Shown: positions 30,491 to 45,597, counted from the stretch's first letter. The stretch is 63,742 nucleotides of DNA from Amphiscolops sp. MND2022 (GCA_964187785.1 CAXLNC010001113.1:124001-187742), one strand, 5' to 3'. Numbers and translations are program-made. Notes: generated by a model from the letters alone, not told the origin.

Positions 30491-31512
30491 CTCTCTGGTC
30501 AGATTGTTACTAAAAAAGAGTGTGTGTGTTAGTCGAGACATAGAGATCGCTTATTGAGGTCGACAATTGTGAGCCCCAATACCTTAAAAAAGAGTTATTC
30601 AGGATCTGGACTGCCTCAAGGCCCTTTTCAGCAAATAATTACCACCCCCTAAAAGTGGGTTAAAAAGGGTTTTTGTCAATGTCCTGAATTCAATTGGGTC
30701 CAGAGTGGGTAAGAAGTGGGCTTTAACACATTTGCACTTCAAATGAGGCTGCTTTTCTAAGCATATTTTCCCCATCTTAAACCAAGAAGCCCAACAGCAA
30801 TGGCACAATCGACCACATCTCTATTGGGGGTGTGCTAAAGGAGCAGATCAGGCATCGTGCGGAGAAACAGTCGTCCAAAACGCGAAAGTGGACACCAATA
30901 TGTCCTCAACGAACTCATATTTTTCAGGGGGACAGAGAGAAAAACTTACTCTCCAACAACGCCCTTTTGAATGACCATTTCCCTGCACAACGCCTTCTTC
31001 TGATCTGTTCAGCCTTTTTTAACAATAAAACTGGGGGAGCTGAAAAAATTGTCATGCCTGCAGAAGTGCGTTTGAAGTGTTTGGGCGAAATTTGGCTTGA
31101 CATTTGAAATCTCTGATCGGGAATCTCTCGGGAAATGTTGGGGAAGACCTTGTTACCTTTTTTACCTAGCAAGCACGGTATTAGAAATTTCAGGACGTAT
31201 TTCGGGGCAAATTTCGGAGAAACATTTGGAGAACATTTTGGAAACATCGTTTCCAAATTTGCTCCAATTTTTCGGAAGCTTCGTTCAGCAGAAGGGCGAT
31301 GACAACGCTTCTGGCCAGAGCGTGTTGCGCTTCTGTGCTTCCGTCAGCGGCATTATTTTATCCTGAAACTTTGCACTTCGTCTCCTGCATCCCCATTCTG
31401 TGCCCTCCCACATTTGAGGTTTTCCAGCTATGTAGGCCCCAATGCAACATACATAAAACAAAGCATTCACATGTGAAGTCTCTTGTGGGCGACGATGCTT
31501 GTGCTCGGAAAC

Positions 31513-31778
31513 ATTTGGGCCGGCCAAGAACCACTCTTGGATGATCACCACCCTTGGATGCCCCCTGGGAACCCCTGACTCGAGAAATTCCCTCAGCCGA
31601 GCAATTCCTGAGTCGAGGAGTTCCTGAACTGAGGAATCCCTGAGCTGAGATTGACCATCGCTCTAGGCTGAGCCCAAGGAGCCCTCAACCGAGGAACTCC
31701 TCGGCTCAGGAATGAGGAATTCCTCGTGCCAGGAGTTCCTGCGGGCATCCAAGGGTGGTTTCTGGCCGGCCCGAAACA
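31513..31778. repeat. Foldback/MITE-like element with GAGGAATTCCTC-type internal repeats
   Basis: Inverted termini GGGCCGGCCA(A)GAACCAC..CTTGGATGCCC. Confidence 0.6.
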
Positions 31779-32126
31779 TGGTCTGCAGAAGAGCATATGA
31801 AAGTTACCGATTGGGTATGTTGCCCTAGCAAGATCTGTCAAGGAAAGCTGACCACGCACCAAACAAGAGAGAGAGAGACATACAGACAGACAGTCTGTCA
31901 GACAGACAGACAGACAGACACACAGACAATAGATTGTTATGCTGACCACCTTGACCTGCGACACTGATAGAGAGATCATGTGAAAAGCAACTGGCGATGG
32001 TTTAGTGGAAGCCAATGATTACAACTGGGATGACGACATCACAGATTTTCATGGATTACGATCTATGAATTGGATGATTGGGCACTATGATGGCTCATGA
32101 TCATGGATGTCATAGGGATGAGAATC

Positions 32127-32127
<1 letters not shown>

Positions 32128-32161
<34 letters not shown>
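32128..32161. repeat. (GAT)n microsatellite
   Basis: Direct inspection. Confidence 0.9.
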
Positions 32162-33344
32162 CCATGCTCATGATGATGGATTGATGACGGCAACTGAGAT
32201 TGACACGGCGATGAGTACTGCAGAGATGCCGAGGGGTGAGCAGAGAAGGGGGGAGGCTTCCGAGAACCTTCTTAGAAGAAAATAGGTTGTTAGAAGCTTC
32301 TTAGAAACTTCTGATAACAAAGCAAACCCATCTTAGAAGGAAATTGCTTTCTCGCCCCCTCTAGCTCACCCCCTTTACCTCTCTGCGAGTGATGCGACAT
32401 CAAGAATTACTCGATGAGGAGTTGATGGCGACTTTGATAGTGACTTTCTTGATGCATGTGATGACGCTCTGATAATGCATCGATGATGCACCGATATTCA
32501 CAATGATTGCATGCAAGGGTCTTTGTTGTCTCTGTTCTCATGCCAATGCTGCAACCTGAACCAAGCCCCGCCTAATATATAATGAGACACTCTTCACTCT
32601 TCATATGCTAAGGGCAGCTGTGCGGACGGATGCAACAGGAAGGCAGCCCCGGGTCCACCACCTTGCCAACACGTAGATTAGAAGGGCCAACCCCCATTCC
32701 TCTCCCTCTCCTCCTCTTAAACATTTTTTTAATGTAACTGTAGTGTCGTGCATCTGATTCCTTTCCGGAAATTTTAATGTAAGATAGTGTGAAGAAAAAA
32801 AGAGGCGCGGCCTAAGAGCTGCAATCACGATTTTGTTGCGTGAAGCAAAATGTCTTCAATTGATTTTTTTCGGTAAAGATAATGTAATGGCGAAAATAAT
32901 TCAAGGAAAGCAACTACTGTCATGTAAACATTTGGTTTGGGGTCACGTGCTATCTCCAACCCCAGATGCAGTCCTCCCAATGGTCTTCGTTCCGCCAAGG
33001 TCTCACTTAGTCCTCCTTCCACTTCCCTTTCAGAGCGTATCCTTTCATGAGGAATCTTGCTATCCCCGTTCTCTGACATGACCTTGCTGTTTGGGAACCC
33101 TCCCCTCTGCAGGCTGCAAGGGCAAGAGCCGCTGGGAGCCTGCAAAAACAGAGAAATAGAATAAAAACAACAAACTCCAACAACCACTCTCCATCGCCAC
33201 CCCCAACCATAGGGACGACCAGAGCTGCTGACACCTCCTGAGTAAGATGCCTTTGAACAATATTTTGATGATTTTCTGTACGGCGAAGGGCCCTGGCTGA
33301 GGGGCTGCATTTTTTGTCTTTTTTCCTGGCTTGAGAGCGCAGAC

Positions 33345-33500
33345 ACACACGCACACACACACACACTTAACATAGGCACACAGACACTCACAAGCAGAAG
33401 TGCACACATACACACGCATACACGCATACACACACATACATATATGCCATACCATACACACCACACATACCATACATAACATGTATACCACACACACACC
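33345..33500. repeat. CA/TACA-rich simple repeat
   Basis: Direct inspection. Confidence 0.8.
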
Positions 33501-36370
33501 CCTTGCAACATAAGTAATTACATGACCGTTGTGACCAAAATCATTACAAAATCAATTCATTATCGGATTAATATATGCAATCATTCTCAAAGTCATATGC
33601 AATCACAGGAAATGAATTTGGCTGGCATGTTTTTGAACGCCATTGCTATGGCAATGCAATCCAGTGCACAATACAAGTGTTTGCAAATGCACCGCACAAC
33701 AACATCGATCTGAGTAAAAATCAATAGTTGGCGCATGCGGCAAAAATAGCTCGGAGACATTGAGCTGATCATGTAAGACACAGCAAATCACAGCAAGGAG
33801 GCTGACAATGGGAACCATGTTGTTCATCGAAAGCAAAAAGGTTGCTGGGCTACGTTCCGATAGTGATGTTTTTTTTTTTTTTTTGCGGTGCAAAAACCTT
33901 AATGCAAAAGGCCATTTCCACCATCACAGACATGGAAACTCTGAGGCTGAGGTCGGCATTCGCCGTGGAGCTTAGATTCCTGAAGCCCCATAGAAAAAAA
34001 AACTCAAGGCTTGGCCATGTTGCAACCGTGAGTGCATGAACGTCCGTTGCCCGAATTTCCAAACGACGGTGCGAAAAAGATGCGTTTACATGCCCCATTG
34101 GCGAACTTAGCGACAGTCTGGGGCAAAAGTTCTCTGAGCCTCCTCCTTTGGATTCTGACATGCTCAATCTGCGGCTTGGACCTCTCTTCGACCCAAGTCT
34201 GGAAGAGTTGGCCGCAATAGTTCGAATGACATTGACGCTCTCGCTTTGTGCAAGTTCTGCAGGCTGTGGCTAAGAGTTACGATCTCCTTTCACAAAACAA
34301 CACAGACCGAGACATGTTTGCAAAGCGCAGATGGTCACTTCTGGTCTTTTTGATTTGTTGTTGGATGCCCCAATATATCATCATCCCTCACGTCCACAAT
34401 GCTCCTGAAACAAAAAAAATGAATCCTCGCGACATTGAGATCCTAAGGTGCGTGGAGGAAACCCCAATCCATCAAGCACATGTTTCCGTCCCAACTTGTC
34501 CTTCTGGGGCATGGACAGTGAAACACGTGTGCCATCCTCGTTCTGAAGATTTGGAGCTAGATGCACTGTATTTTGAGTGACTTGCTCAGGGGCAAAGCTG
34601 GACCCCGAGAATCCCTTCTGAATTCCGAAGTCCAGAATCGTGAATTCCGAGGTTTGGAATTGGAAATTCCGAAGTTATGGATTCTCAAAAAGGCCTCGTT
34701 TGGGGAATTCCAAAATTTTGGTTGCCTCGTGGAATCCGAAGATTGAGCAATTCCAGAAACCGCCCCTTCCGAAGCACTGCCCGCTGATGTGGTTCCATTC
34801 CCGCCTTTGCCGTGTCATTCGCATGCTCCTTGGTGCTGTCAGTGCAAAAATGTATGCATGTCCACTGCAATCTTGAAAGCCGTCTCTCAGGGCTCACCAG
34901 AATATAATTCTGTAACAGATCACAGAAAACCCAAAACTGTCTCTTTCCTTTCTCTATCTGCAAAGATTGGTTCAAAACAGTACTGTCTGCTTGTCTTTTC
35001 TCAGGTCCCTGTTTTGCACCATTTACGTGACCACCCCATTTCAAGTGAACATGTGCGCGCAACTGAACTGTCAGGGGCTTGTCACCACAAAGGGCCCGTC
35101 AACGCGACCAGCTTCCTGGCTGTTGGCACCCCAGGTGTTGGGACTTTCACTTTTTCCTTACAGGCTGAGGGAAACCTCCTCGCATGGCAAATCCCGAAAC
35201 GGGAGACTTACTGAAAACATACCCCCACTTTCTAATTTCGGGGGTCAATTTTTTCAGTAAGTTTTCCCCATCTTCGGGGGTGTTGCCAAAAAGGGGATTG
35301 TGTAATTTTCCCCAATTCTCGGGATTTGCCATGCGGGGTGGCTGTAAGAGAGCAGTGAAGTCCCAACCCAAGCTCTTCCGCTCCTTGATGGTGGCCTTCC
35401 AACTTTTTTGGGTCTCATTCTCACCTCTTTGAGCTGTGGATGCTGCCCACATGTCTGCAGAAGCAGCCAAGACCAGTACAAGAGCAACAGAGACCTGAAA
35501 GTTGCTGTGCGAGATTGGAAGCTTGCTAGGGCATCTTGAATCAGAAAACTCGAGAAGGCTGTGGCTAGACAAATTCCTTGCTGGAAAAGTTTTCCGGTAA
35601 ATTTCGACGCTGCTGGGAAATTCTACCCTTACATGCAATCTCAAGGTTTTGGTTTCCGGCAAGGAAGATGCTTGAGTTCTTCTGATAGAAGGGGTACCAT
35701 CTGCCACAAAAACGTTACCCAATGAATTTGGAACACTTCAAGTCAGGTCATGATTACCCAAATCCACAAATCCATTCGTGTAAGAAAGCGTTCAGGTGGC
35801 GGTAGTTCTACACCAGGAACAATACATACAAGCAGTAGAGAATCAGCACCAAAGCGAATTCCCCAAAGGGGGATCGGGGAACGGCAATTGAATAATAATT
35901 CGCAACGCTAGTTTCTGATTGGTCAAGTTGTTGTGGCGAGTGGTAGAAGCTGCCACAACCGCAATTGCATCATTGGGTTGCAGGATCAAAGTGGATTTCA
36001 TAAGTTATGCCTGTTTTTGTAAGCCATATTTTTGTGTCAGAGGGTATCTCTGTACCCCTAAATGTCACATCGGATGCGCCTTACACAGAATGGGCAATCT
36101 GATTTCAGAAGACTCCTGAGTGGGAACCGTCTGCGGCTTCTTTCTGTGACAATCTGCAGCTCCCAATCATAGACTTTGGAAGACGCACAGAGGGGGCGAG
36201 CATAGAAGGGGGAGGGTTCCGAAACCTTACGAAGCCTCTAAAGGCTCTAAGGAATATCGGGCCTCTAATCGAGGCACTCAGGGGCAAGTTTCGAGGCTCC
36301 AAGGATCTAGCAAAACACCCGAGGCTCTAAGAGCCTAGAAGGCCCTGTTTGGATACCCTTCCCTTAAGAT

Positions 36371-36602
36371 TTGGAAGAAGGGAAAAGACCCCCACCCCCA
36401 AGACAAGATTCAGCATCTGGACTTTACTAAGGACCCCTGGCCGCTTTACTACAAGACCCCTCCCTGTGTATTTTACCACAAAAATGTCCGTAGTAAGGCC
36501 TTTTTCAGTCCTTAGTAAGGACGAAATTGGCCCTTAGTAAAACGGGCCGTTTTCTTAGTAAGGCTGACATCTTGGGGGTGGGGGTCTTTTCCCTCCTTTC
36601 AA
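36371..36602. mobile_element. Second 232-bp MITE (opposite orientation to 9105-9336) with 5-bp TSD AAGAT
   Basis: Same TIRs and internal sequence; AAGAT at 36366-36370 and 36603-36607. Confidence 0.85.
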
Positions 36603-36848
36603 AAGATACTTTTCATATCGCGCGATGCTTGTAGCGATAGTATCACAAACTACTTGGTGCTTGCTTTCAAGGGGTAGCGCACAATTGTCGCGTGATATGT
36701 TGCAAGATGGGCTATCGCACAGATGTGCCTGTGTGAAGGGGGGGCATCGCACCACTTTAGGAGCTGTTACCATCACGCAACAAGTATCACGCGATTTCGG
36801 GCGTCACAACGATGGTGTCGCAACATCGCGCAATATGGGGCCACTAAG
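36603..36848. repeat. Uninterrupted homolog of the repeat at 8975-9489
   Basis: GATACTTTTCA.ATCGCGCGAT..GCACAAT..GTTGCAA.ATGGG.TATCGC..GATGTGCC..GCCACTAAG. Confidence 0.65.
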
Positions 36849-37189
36849 CCCCTTCCCCTTCTTAGAAGAAAGTCTTCTTTGAAAGCAAATCATGCCTCAT
36901 CCCCTCTAGCTGACCCCCTGTAACTCTCGGCGANNNNNNNNNNNNNNNNNNNNNNNNNNNNNNNNNNNNNNNNNNNNNNNNNNNNNNNNNNNNNNNNNNN
37001 NNNNNNNNNNNNNNNNNNNNNNNNNNNNNNNNNNNNNNNNNNNNNNNNNNNNNNNNNNNNNNNNNNNNNNNNNNNNNNNNNNNNNNNNNNNNNNNNNNNN
37101 NNNNNNNNNNNNNNNNNNNNNNNNNNNNNNNNNAATTTCTTAATTTTTTCCGTTTTTCTCTTTTTTTTGGTCTCATTCTCGTTTTTTAA

Positions 37190-37320
37190 TTTTTTGCTCG
37201 CTCTTCCTCGCTCTTCCTCGCTCTTCCTCGCTCTTGCTCGCTCTTGCTCGCTCTTGCTCGCTCGCTCTTCCTCGCTCTTCCTCGCTCTTCCTCGCTCTTC
37301 GCTCTTCCTCGCTCTTCCCC
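37190..37320. repeat. (CTCGCTCTTC/G)n decamer repeat
   Basis: Direct inspection; a degenerate relative lies at 39770-39910. Confidence 0.85.
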
Positions 37321-40300
37321 GGTCTTCTTGTGTTGTTTTTTTTCTGTTTCTCGTTCTGTTCTGTTCATTTTGGTTTTGGCGGTTCGTTTTTGCTTTGTTT
37401 TGCTCATTTTCTGTTTTCTCCAATTTTCACGTGTTTTCGCTCTGTTTTGCTCTTTCTCGTTTTTGTCGCTTTGTCTGCCCTCTTTGTATTTTTTCTCGTT
37501 TTTTTTGCGTTTTGTCTGTCCTCCTCGATGTTGTGACTTGTTTGCTCTTATTCACTTATTTTTAATTTGTCTGTGTGGCGGTGTTTCTATCTTGAGTACT
37601 CCCGTTTTTTTTTTTTTGGGGGGGGGGGGGGCGTGTCTTTGTCATATGTGTTTTTTGGGGTCCATTTTTGCTTCTGTTGCCGAATGGCCGATTTTTCGGC
37701 TTTGAACTTTTGAAGGACTTGCTTTTCAATGTCGCTCGCAAGTAGTTTGGTTTGTCTATGTTTGTAGTGTTTTGGTGTTCTGTCACAGGTTTCGTTTTGT
37801 CGGAGTCTTACAAGGTTCTCATGTTGCTTCAGATTTCTTTGTTCAGCTGGGTCACTGGTTCTTGCGGATGTCTCTTTCTTGACATTGTTGGTGTGGTTGT
37901 GTTTGATGTGTTTCCGATGGATGTTTGCTGGGCAGGTTACTCTTCCTTCTGTTTTTGCGCACGTCCTTTTGTTTTTGCGTCTTTCGCTCATGATTGATAG
38001 ATGGTTGATGCCATGCGAGATGGATGGGAGTCGGTGTGGACTGAATCACACAATATAAGGCACATCGAAGCTATTCTGTGTGTTGGATTTTCTTTGTTTT
38101 AGTCGCAAGGTTTTCAAAACTGAGTGTTGCGTGTGTGTGCGCGCCCGGGCTTTTCGGGCGTGGCGTGGAAGGACTGCCGAGATGAAGCCCAAAACTACAG
38201 CCTTGGGGCGTGCTTTCTGCTGCCTTTTGAACAAAGAGCAAGGGATGCAAAGGAAAAAATGCGCACAATAGCCAAGCCCGCGCTGGGAGCGCATGCAAGG
38301 TCTTTTGCGTTTTTGCACGAGACAAGACTTGACTGAAAATTGTGGAAATAGAGGGCATTCCGCATGCAGAACCACTGGCCTAACCATAAGACTTGGGGCG
38401 AACCAGAGAGCCTGTGAAGATGACCGAGCTTGCCTTTTTGCTTTTTCTTGGCGCGCACACATCCCTCCAAAAAAAAGCACCATCAAGACCCCCCCCCCCA
38501 ATCACCTGCAACAGCGCAGCGAAACAAACAGCCAGTTGTTTTCGTCAATCTTGAGGTCTGAAAGCGAAAAGGCCAAGCGTCCAAAACAACCTGAGTTTGC
38601 CTTACTGTGATGTAGCATTGGTCACGCATGCGGGACAACTCAAGTTTGTAGACGTCAGGGAGTTGGCCAGAGCAGCAGCGGCTGAGTAGCAAACAAAAAC
38701 AGAACGAAACGGGCAGAGTAACAAAACACATCCGTCAGTGTTGCAAGACTTGCAAAAAATTCACATGCAAACACGTCACGAGCAGTGGCGTGGCCTGTGC
38801 TTGCGACATCATCAACTCACATGACAAACGCTCAAAGTTTTTCGTCTAAGCCTCATCAAACCAGACGCGAAGCACAAAGAAGCCACAAACAGAATCTAGA
38901 CATGGAGAATATGCAATTTGTTGTCCTCCAAACCGCTATCTCATCACTGCATGCTTTAGGATTGGAAACTTTTCCAGATGCAGGTTCGACACGAACTAAT
39001 GCCTTGGAGCCTATGTGTTTCGCATTCTGTCAGCAGACTCAGCGTATGGTTTTTCTACGTCAACAGTTGGTAGGTTTTGCCCAAAATACGCAACGTCTGG
39101 CTTATCATGTGTGGTTGGTGGAATGTTTCAACTTTCAACTTTGCAATAAAATTCTTCTGGATTGCTGCAATATCCAAACAAAATTGCTTACTTTGCAGCT
39201 CTCCAAACTGTTTGCCTTGCATCTCTGGAATGCATATGAGCCATCAATGACTTAAACTATTGTACGCATTCACTCCCCAAGTCTACTTAGAAATGTACTT
39301 CAATGACGGTGAAGCAAATACTTTGCATCGGATTGCGACGTAAACAACATGCGACGCAGTTTGGGTCGAAATTGTGAAAACTCTTTGCCTTCAGCTTGCC
39401 CAGTGTGACAAAAACAAACACTAGGTAATTGAACTTCGGCAATGTTGTCTCAGCTTGTCTGGAAATCACTCCACCGTGAACGGCAATGGCCGAGAAATTG
39501 TATGTCTTGCGCACGTGTCCTAGCAATGGAAAAACAGGAACGATTGTTAATTTGATTCTCTGATGCGTTCAACTCTCATAGCGCCGACACACGGCAAGAA
39601 GTTGTTCGCGCGAGAAAGATGGGGGTTGGGCAGAGAAGCACGAGTCGCCAGTGCCCATATCACACTAAACTTGACTAAAGGCTCGGACAAATTCTGAGGA
39701 GCTGTCTGCGTGCGCTATCCGGAGTTGTTTCAAACTAGAGCAAAATTCTGGGCTTGCTCAAAGTCTTTGCTCGCTTTTCCTCGCTCTTGCTCGCCCTTGC
39801 CGTCCTCTCTCTTGCATGCTCTTCCTCGCTCTTGCTCGCCCTTCCTCGTTCTTGCTCGCCCTCCCTCGCTCGTCCTCGCCCTTCCTCACTCCTCTCACCT
39901 CGCTCTCCCTCCCTCTTTTTCTCCCTTTTGGAACTCTTTGCTTCGTTTTTGACTTTGTGTGTGTGTGTTGATCTCACTTTTGCGTTTTCGTTTCTCTCCT
40001 TTCTGTGGTTATCCTCCCTATCTCCCTTTGTATTCGCTGTGTTTGTCTCACGTTTGTTTCCCATCGTTTCTTGTTTCTTCTTCTGTGTTTTTCCGCGTTT
40101 GTTCTGGTCAGTTGCAGTTCTATGTGGTGGCGCTAACATGCAGAATTGTCCCGATTCACTTCATTGCAAGCCAAAAGCGCCAATCACAAACGCTTTAGAG
40201 CCAGAATCACCGCAGTTTGGGGACGGCGCGCACGCCGGTGACTTCAATCACAAACCTGTCTCCAGGCCAGAAAGGTGCGATTGGTGTTCGTAATAACCCA

Positions 40301-41280
40301 CAATGAGCAATCGCGTTTGAATTTACATCCTTCCCTTTGACAGGATTGCCCCAACAGTTGTGGACAACTGAAGCTTCTGTGTTTTGAAGCGGCGTGAAGC
40401 AACAAGCTTGACATTTGATTTGAACGTTCTTTTTTTTGGCGAAAAGAGTCACGCACGCATTGGACAGACAATTTGTTCAATGCTTGTTTGGATCATACTT
40501 GTCAAAAATGACGATGCAGCCTAGGAAAGCATCTTGTGTTTTGTGACTTGCGCAATCAGCAGTGCATTGTGTGTTTGCAAAGCACAGTTTTTCATATGGT
40601 TGTCTTCAATCCTAACATGTACCCTTGAATGCCTGCCTCAAGCGGGTTCAAACTTTCAATGTTCGGTGGCAGCACGGCGGTGGTGGCTGTTTAAGTTTTG
40701 CGTTTGCCCAAAATAGCGGTTTGTGTCTCCCAAGCTGGCTGTATTTTTCAGTCAACGTTGCAACTCTGAGAAAGAGACGTACCGTACAGTGGATTTCATA
40801 CTTTTTGTTTTTTTCACGCACTAACTCCTTTAGGCCAAGTCGTTGTGAAGGGTTGTTGACTGGAAAAGGGTTTGGCTGTTGCTGTTATCGGTGTTTCAGG
40901 CGCCTTGTTGCAGAATCCAGGAAAAAGACGTTCACAAAGTTGATCAAAATATCAATTCTTCTTCAAAAGGGGAACTGCAAAGTCAAGTGACAACAGATTT
41001 ACCATTGTTCGGCCGGAACAATATTTGGAGACGCGCGCAACAGGGGTTTTGCAAGATGACAAAAGAAAGCAAACTTCGAGCCATGCGAACATCGGGGAAA
41101 TAGAGATTTTTTTCGGGGCGGGGGTTTTGACCGTCTGTGAGGCTGTTTCAAACTAGGTTTTGTTGAAACACAGTCGACGTTTGTGTGGCTTTGTCAAAAT
41201 TCACATTTCCACCCCGCAAGTACGAATATCTCGAGGGGCGCCAAACAGCCCCGCACGCGCACCCAGGGCGAAATTAGCAA

Positions 41281-44200
41281 GCCATACCCTCCTTCCACTG
41301 TCACGTTCAGCGATATCAAGGAAGATGATCTCCGACTCAACTCCCTTCCTCTGGATTTCTTGAGCAATGCCCCAGACATCCACATGAAGCATCTGGCTCC
41401 ACTTCTCGAGTTCCGTGCTGTCCGCAAAGGACCACTTGTTTGCAAAGGGGTTCGAAGGCGACTTGCTGTCTGCCACGTATTCTGAATCATCAATCCACAA
41501 ATGATCGAAGATCAGCCGCTCGGGGCATGTAGAACAGTCAAAGTAGCCTATCGCTTCTGCCGCCAGGGCACACCGAAGAAACTCCCTTGCTTCACCCTTG
41601 TCCTCGTGGTAAGCCGGTGTGATCCTTGCTTGATCGGCCTCTGGGGCTGGCATCGAGCAATGTGGTACACGGAGTCTAAGAACATCTAGAGGCCACACGG
41701 GACTCCATCACATCCTCCACTTCTTGAGACATCATTCTCAATGTGTCTGGATAGCGACGAATGCCATACATCTCCTGTGAGCTGTACTCCCCTCTACGTC
41801 CTGCTTACCACCAAGGATGTTTCCCCACTCACTGAACATCGTCAAGAAAGCCATGTCTGAGGTGATTGGAGTCCCAATTGACAGAAGTGTATTCGCATCA
41901 TACAGCTTGACCTTGGACCAGTAATCGGTGCCACCAAGGAATACCCTCACACAGTTGGGAGGCTTCTGTCTTGGTGAGAGGGTTGAGGTCGCAGGACATG
42001 TGGCCACCAAGGGCAAAGTACCGTTTCCAGCCAGCAATAGCTCTCCGAGGGATACCAAAGTCTCCTTGCCCCTTTGGGAGGAGCCTATGACAAAGGAGTC
42101 AATCCCATCTCTCCTTGCTGGTTGCACCCAGTACTTGTACTGACCTTGTGGAGCCTGAAACTGAGGGGTCCTTGCTCCCATCTCTCTTCCCATCAAAGTC
42201 TGCCACACACTCGGCGGTGACATCGGTGCAACTTGCATCAAGACCTGGTGCACATCTGAGTAATGCTTCCAGAGCTTGTTTGGGTTCCCGATTGACGCAT
42301 CACACCATGCGCAGTATCCATAAGTCTGGTACCCTTCGCGGCATCTGGTGAGCTTCTCATTCTCCTTGAAGATATTGTCCATCGAGGAAACTTCCCTTTC
42401 TCCATAACAGTCGAAGTTGTCCTCATGCTCCTCCGCTTCTCTATCTGCTGCCAAGTCTCTGGCATCTGTCTGGAACATGTTTGTCTCCTCGAGGGCTGTC
42501 TCCTCAACAGAGCCCAAGGTCCGCGCCAATGCTAGATCATCACATTGGACCTAAGTTGCACCTCCCGGCCACTCTTTAGCCAAGCATCCTGGTGGTAGTC
42601 CTCACGGGGAATGAAGGCGTAAGCACTCAGTGCTTGGACAGACGGCTTGTCAATGGTGTTCAGCTTGTAGGGCTTCTGGACTTGGACTTATTTGTTGTCA
42701 CTGTCCACTTGAGGACCTGCATGTTGACTCATTCTTAACAACGTTGTTGGAGGCATACGAGCCGTACACATAGGCACCCACCAAATAGTCACTCGAGACC
42801 AAATCGTAGATGAGTTCCAGTTCTCGAGCTGTTAGGAGGTACCTCATCAACATGACGGCGCAATTGTCGATGGTCACGGCCTTTGGCGGCTCTTCCCTTG
42901 GTGGTGGAATAGCCTTGAGCTCAATGATCTTAATACGACCACCAGGGTACAACCTTGCCGTGCTCAACATATCTCTCAATATCGGGCATGCGACCAGATT
43001 GCGGTATACCATGCGACAATCATTGTCCTCCCAATGAGTCTGGATCCACCAGTCTCTCTCCACAAGCCATTCAACGGGCAATGGCGTGATCCATTGTAGG
43101 AATGGGCATCCATCGATGATCGTCTTCTTCAGCGGTAAGACCACAAGGGGTGCATATTGCAAAGTGGTCCTGCTGATGCTCCACTCACCTCCGAATGTGG
43201 GACTCACATACTGTCCAGTGAAGCTCTTGAGCATCACGTTCATGTGGAAGCCTTCCACAACGCATGGATCAACAAGGTCGCATAGTACTTGTCTGTGGGA
43301 CGCCCTCGGTGGCCCACGTGGGAGATCTGATTGTGCGATCGACTCATGCAGCTGCTCAATGTTCTGGATGACTTGCATCACCCCTTTTACTTGTAGACCA
43401 GCCCGCTCAAGGGTTGCCTTTGCGGCATCATGGGTAGCAAGTGTCTGGATGCGTGTGATGTAGTACCTCTTCAAATTCCTTCGGCCAGCCACACTAGGTG
43501 GAGAATTGTCATCACATCACCGTCCACATGGGAAAGAGACTCACGGATATGTGAAGTGCACAAGTCTTCTTCACGACAGAGTACTGCCGCAATCCTGATA
43601 GCTCCTCCGACACTCCATACTCCAGCGCCTTGGCAATAAAGCGAGCCCACTCAGGGGTGTAGTCCAATACCAGTCTTGATTGACCAAGATGGGTGAGATG
43701 CCCATTGTCATCCAGCAACTCCAACATTCTCATTCGCTGTGTGGCTGCAGCCAGCACCTTCTCGTCGGGCATGTTCAAGATCGGAAAGTTGAGGGGATCA
43801 ATGTCGATCCTCTTGCAAATGCTGATGAGCGGGGCCACATCGGCATTCAATAGTTCTGGTGCACTTGCCCCTCTGAACTGACCGACCACTTGGGATTCTG
43901 CTGCCATAACATAGTGCTCTCCGGGACATACACGTCCAGCTCTCCCTCCCTGTTGTATCAGGTCACTCACGGACACTGTCTGGATGCAATTGACCTCCTC
44001 TTTTTGGATCGAAGATTGGGTGAGCATGTCCTGACACCAGTCGTAGATATCACCACAGCAACCGACGTCAATGTGGCTCCTGTCTGATTGACATTGGTTG
44101 TCAAGCCCACCTTTCTCTTACGCTTGACCACATGGGAGTTCTGCACCACAATGTCACCGTCCGCATAGGGAGGATACTGGACTCCGTTCTTGCCAGAAAA

Positions 44201-45414
44201 CGGCTTCAGAGCCGTGATGCCGTTGGGATTCATGTAGTACGGCTGATCTCTGCCCATTACGGTGTAATCCGTCACTGGCAAGTCAAAGTACTCCAGGTCT
44301 TCGGGTCCTCTCCACTCGACATCTGGACAATCTCCAGACCTCTTGTGTAACCCAATTCCTGCCATCGTATCAGAATTGAAGCCAAGATCCTCATCTGAGG
44401 CTTTCCTGGACAGAATACCAAGAAGTTGTCGCAGTATTGGCCACTCGGGACACCCTCTACCAGATTATCGTTGCCATGACTATGGTGAAGAGTCACCACC
44501 AGGCGTGCAGTCTGCTCGAGGATGTTGGTGGACTGCGTCACCGGTCTCTGGAGGTAGTAGCGCTCTACCTTGAACTCGTGCTTTCCAATCTCAATCTCGC
44601 GTGCTCCTGGCAAAGCGTCTCTCAACTCATCCATGTCAACTGTTGCCGACATAAGGATCAAGACCAGTCCGGTGCTTCGAGACATCTGATCTCTGGCTAA
44701 TCCTATGATCATCTGAGTATACATGGTCCTCTCATGGACTTCATCGGCAATGACTATGGCAAGAGGAGGGGCCACACCGGGCGTTCTATTGTTCAGAAGG
44801 GAGAATACTCCAATCGCCTCAGTGAGATACACTAATCTTGTGTCATCTGTGATCTGACGATCCCTTGACACATGATAGCCCACTGTGGAGACTCCAACCT
44901 CACCATGTCTACGCTGGACCTCCTTGGCTAATGAAATAGTAACTTTCCTTCTCTGTTGTGAACAAATCACCCTTCCAGCCCTTCGTCCCCTACGGGAACA
45001 ATGGTCTTCTAGCCATCTCATTGCTTCCCATGGAATCACTGTCGATTTCCCTGTCCCTGTCGGACCATGTATGATGATCACACGACTATCCACAGTCTGA
45101 GATAGGTCAGCTTGATCCATCGTAGTAGGCTCGAAGATAGCCTCCAGCTGTGATCTCAAACTTGGAACCACATCATGTGCGGCAAGCTGTCGCACATCTA
45201 CTGCTTTGTCAAGCTTCATAGTCATTTGTGACTTCTCTTCATCTGCCATACGCGGCACTAATTTTGGTACGCTGCTTGCTGGAAGAATAGGTGGTGGCTG
45301 TGTCTGCGATGCGGATGTCAGGCCACTCTGGGCAATATCAGCTGCATCATCTGCACTTGTCCCTTGCCTTTTCAAGGCAACAGGAGGAATAGAACCCTCC
45401 CCGCGGTGGGACAT
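41281..45414 (-). pseudogene. DEAH helicase ORF2 of copy C, split by several 1-nt indels
   Basis: ORFs 44272..45450, 43967..44365, 43512..44027, 42698..43492, 41738..42529 and 41201..41698 tile the copy B helicase (GPTGTGKST, DEVHER, QQGGRAGR). Confidence 0.88.
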
Positions 45415-45597
45415 GGTTACACAACCACCCTTGAACCTCTTCTCCTGCAAACGGCTTCAGACAGACACACACACCTCAGCCCATAACGGGAACAACTCAC
45501 ACATTATCAGACTCTCTTCTCATCACTCTTTGTCCACCAAGGGAACACAGCACAGCACGACATGAGACACATTACGTGTAATTGATGAGACACATCA

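Noticed and set aside
38600-38685. Possible short host exons (also ~28200-28280, ~34090-34270, ~35350-35500, ~57205-57330)
   Set aside because: Coding-like with plausible splice sites, but no recognisable product or frame; unsupported without transcripts
36890-40293. Arg/Ser/Glu-rich and Leu/Phe-rich ORFs
   Set aside because: Translations of CTCGCTCTTC and T-rich simple repeats
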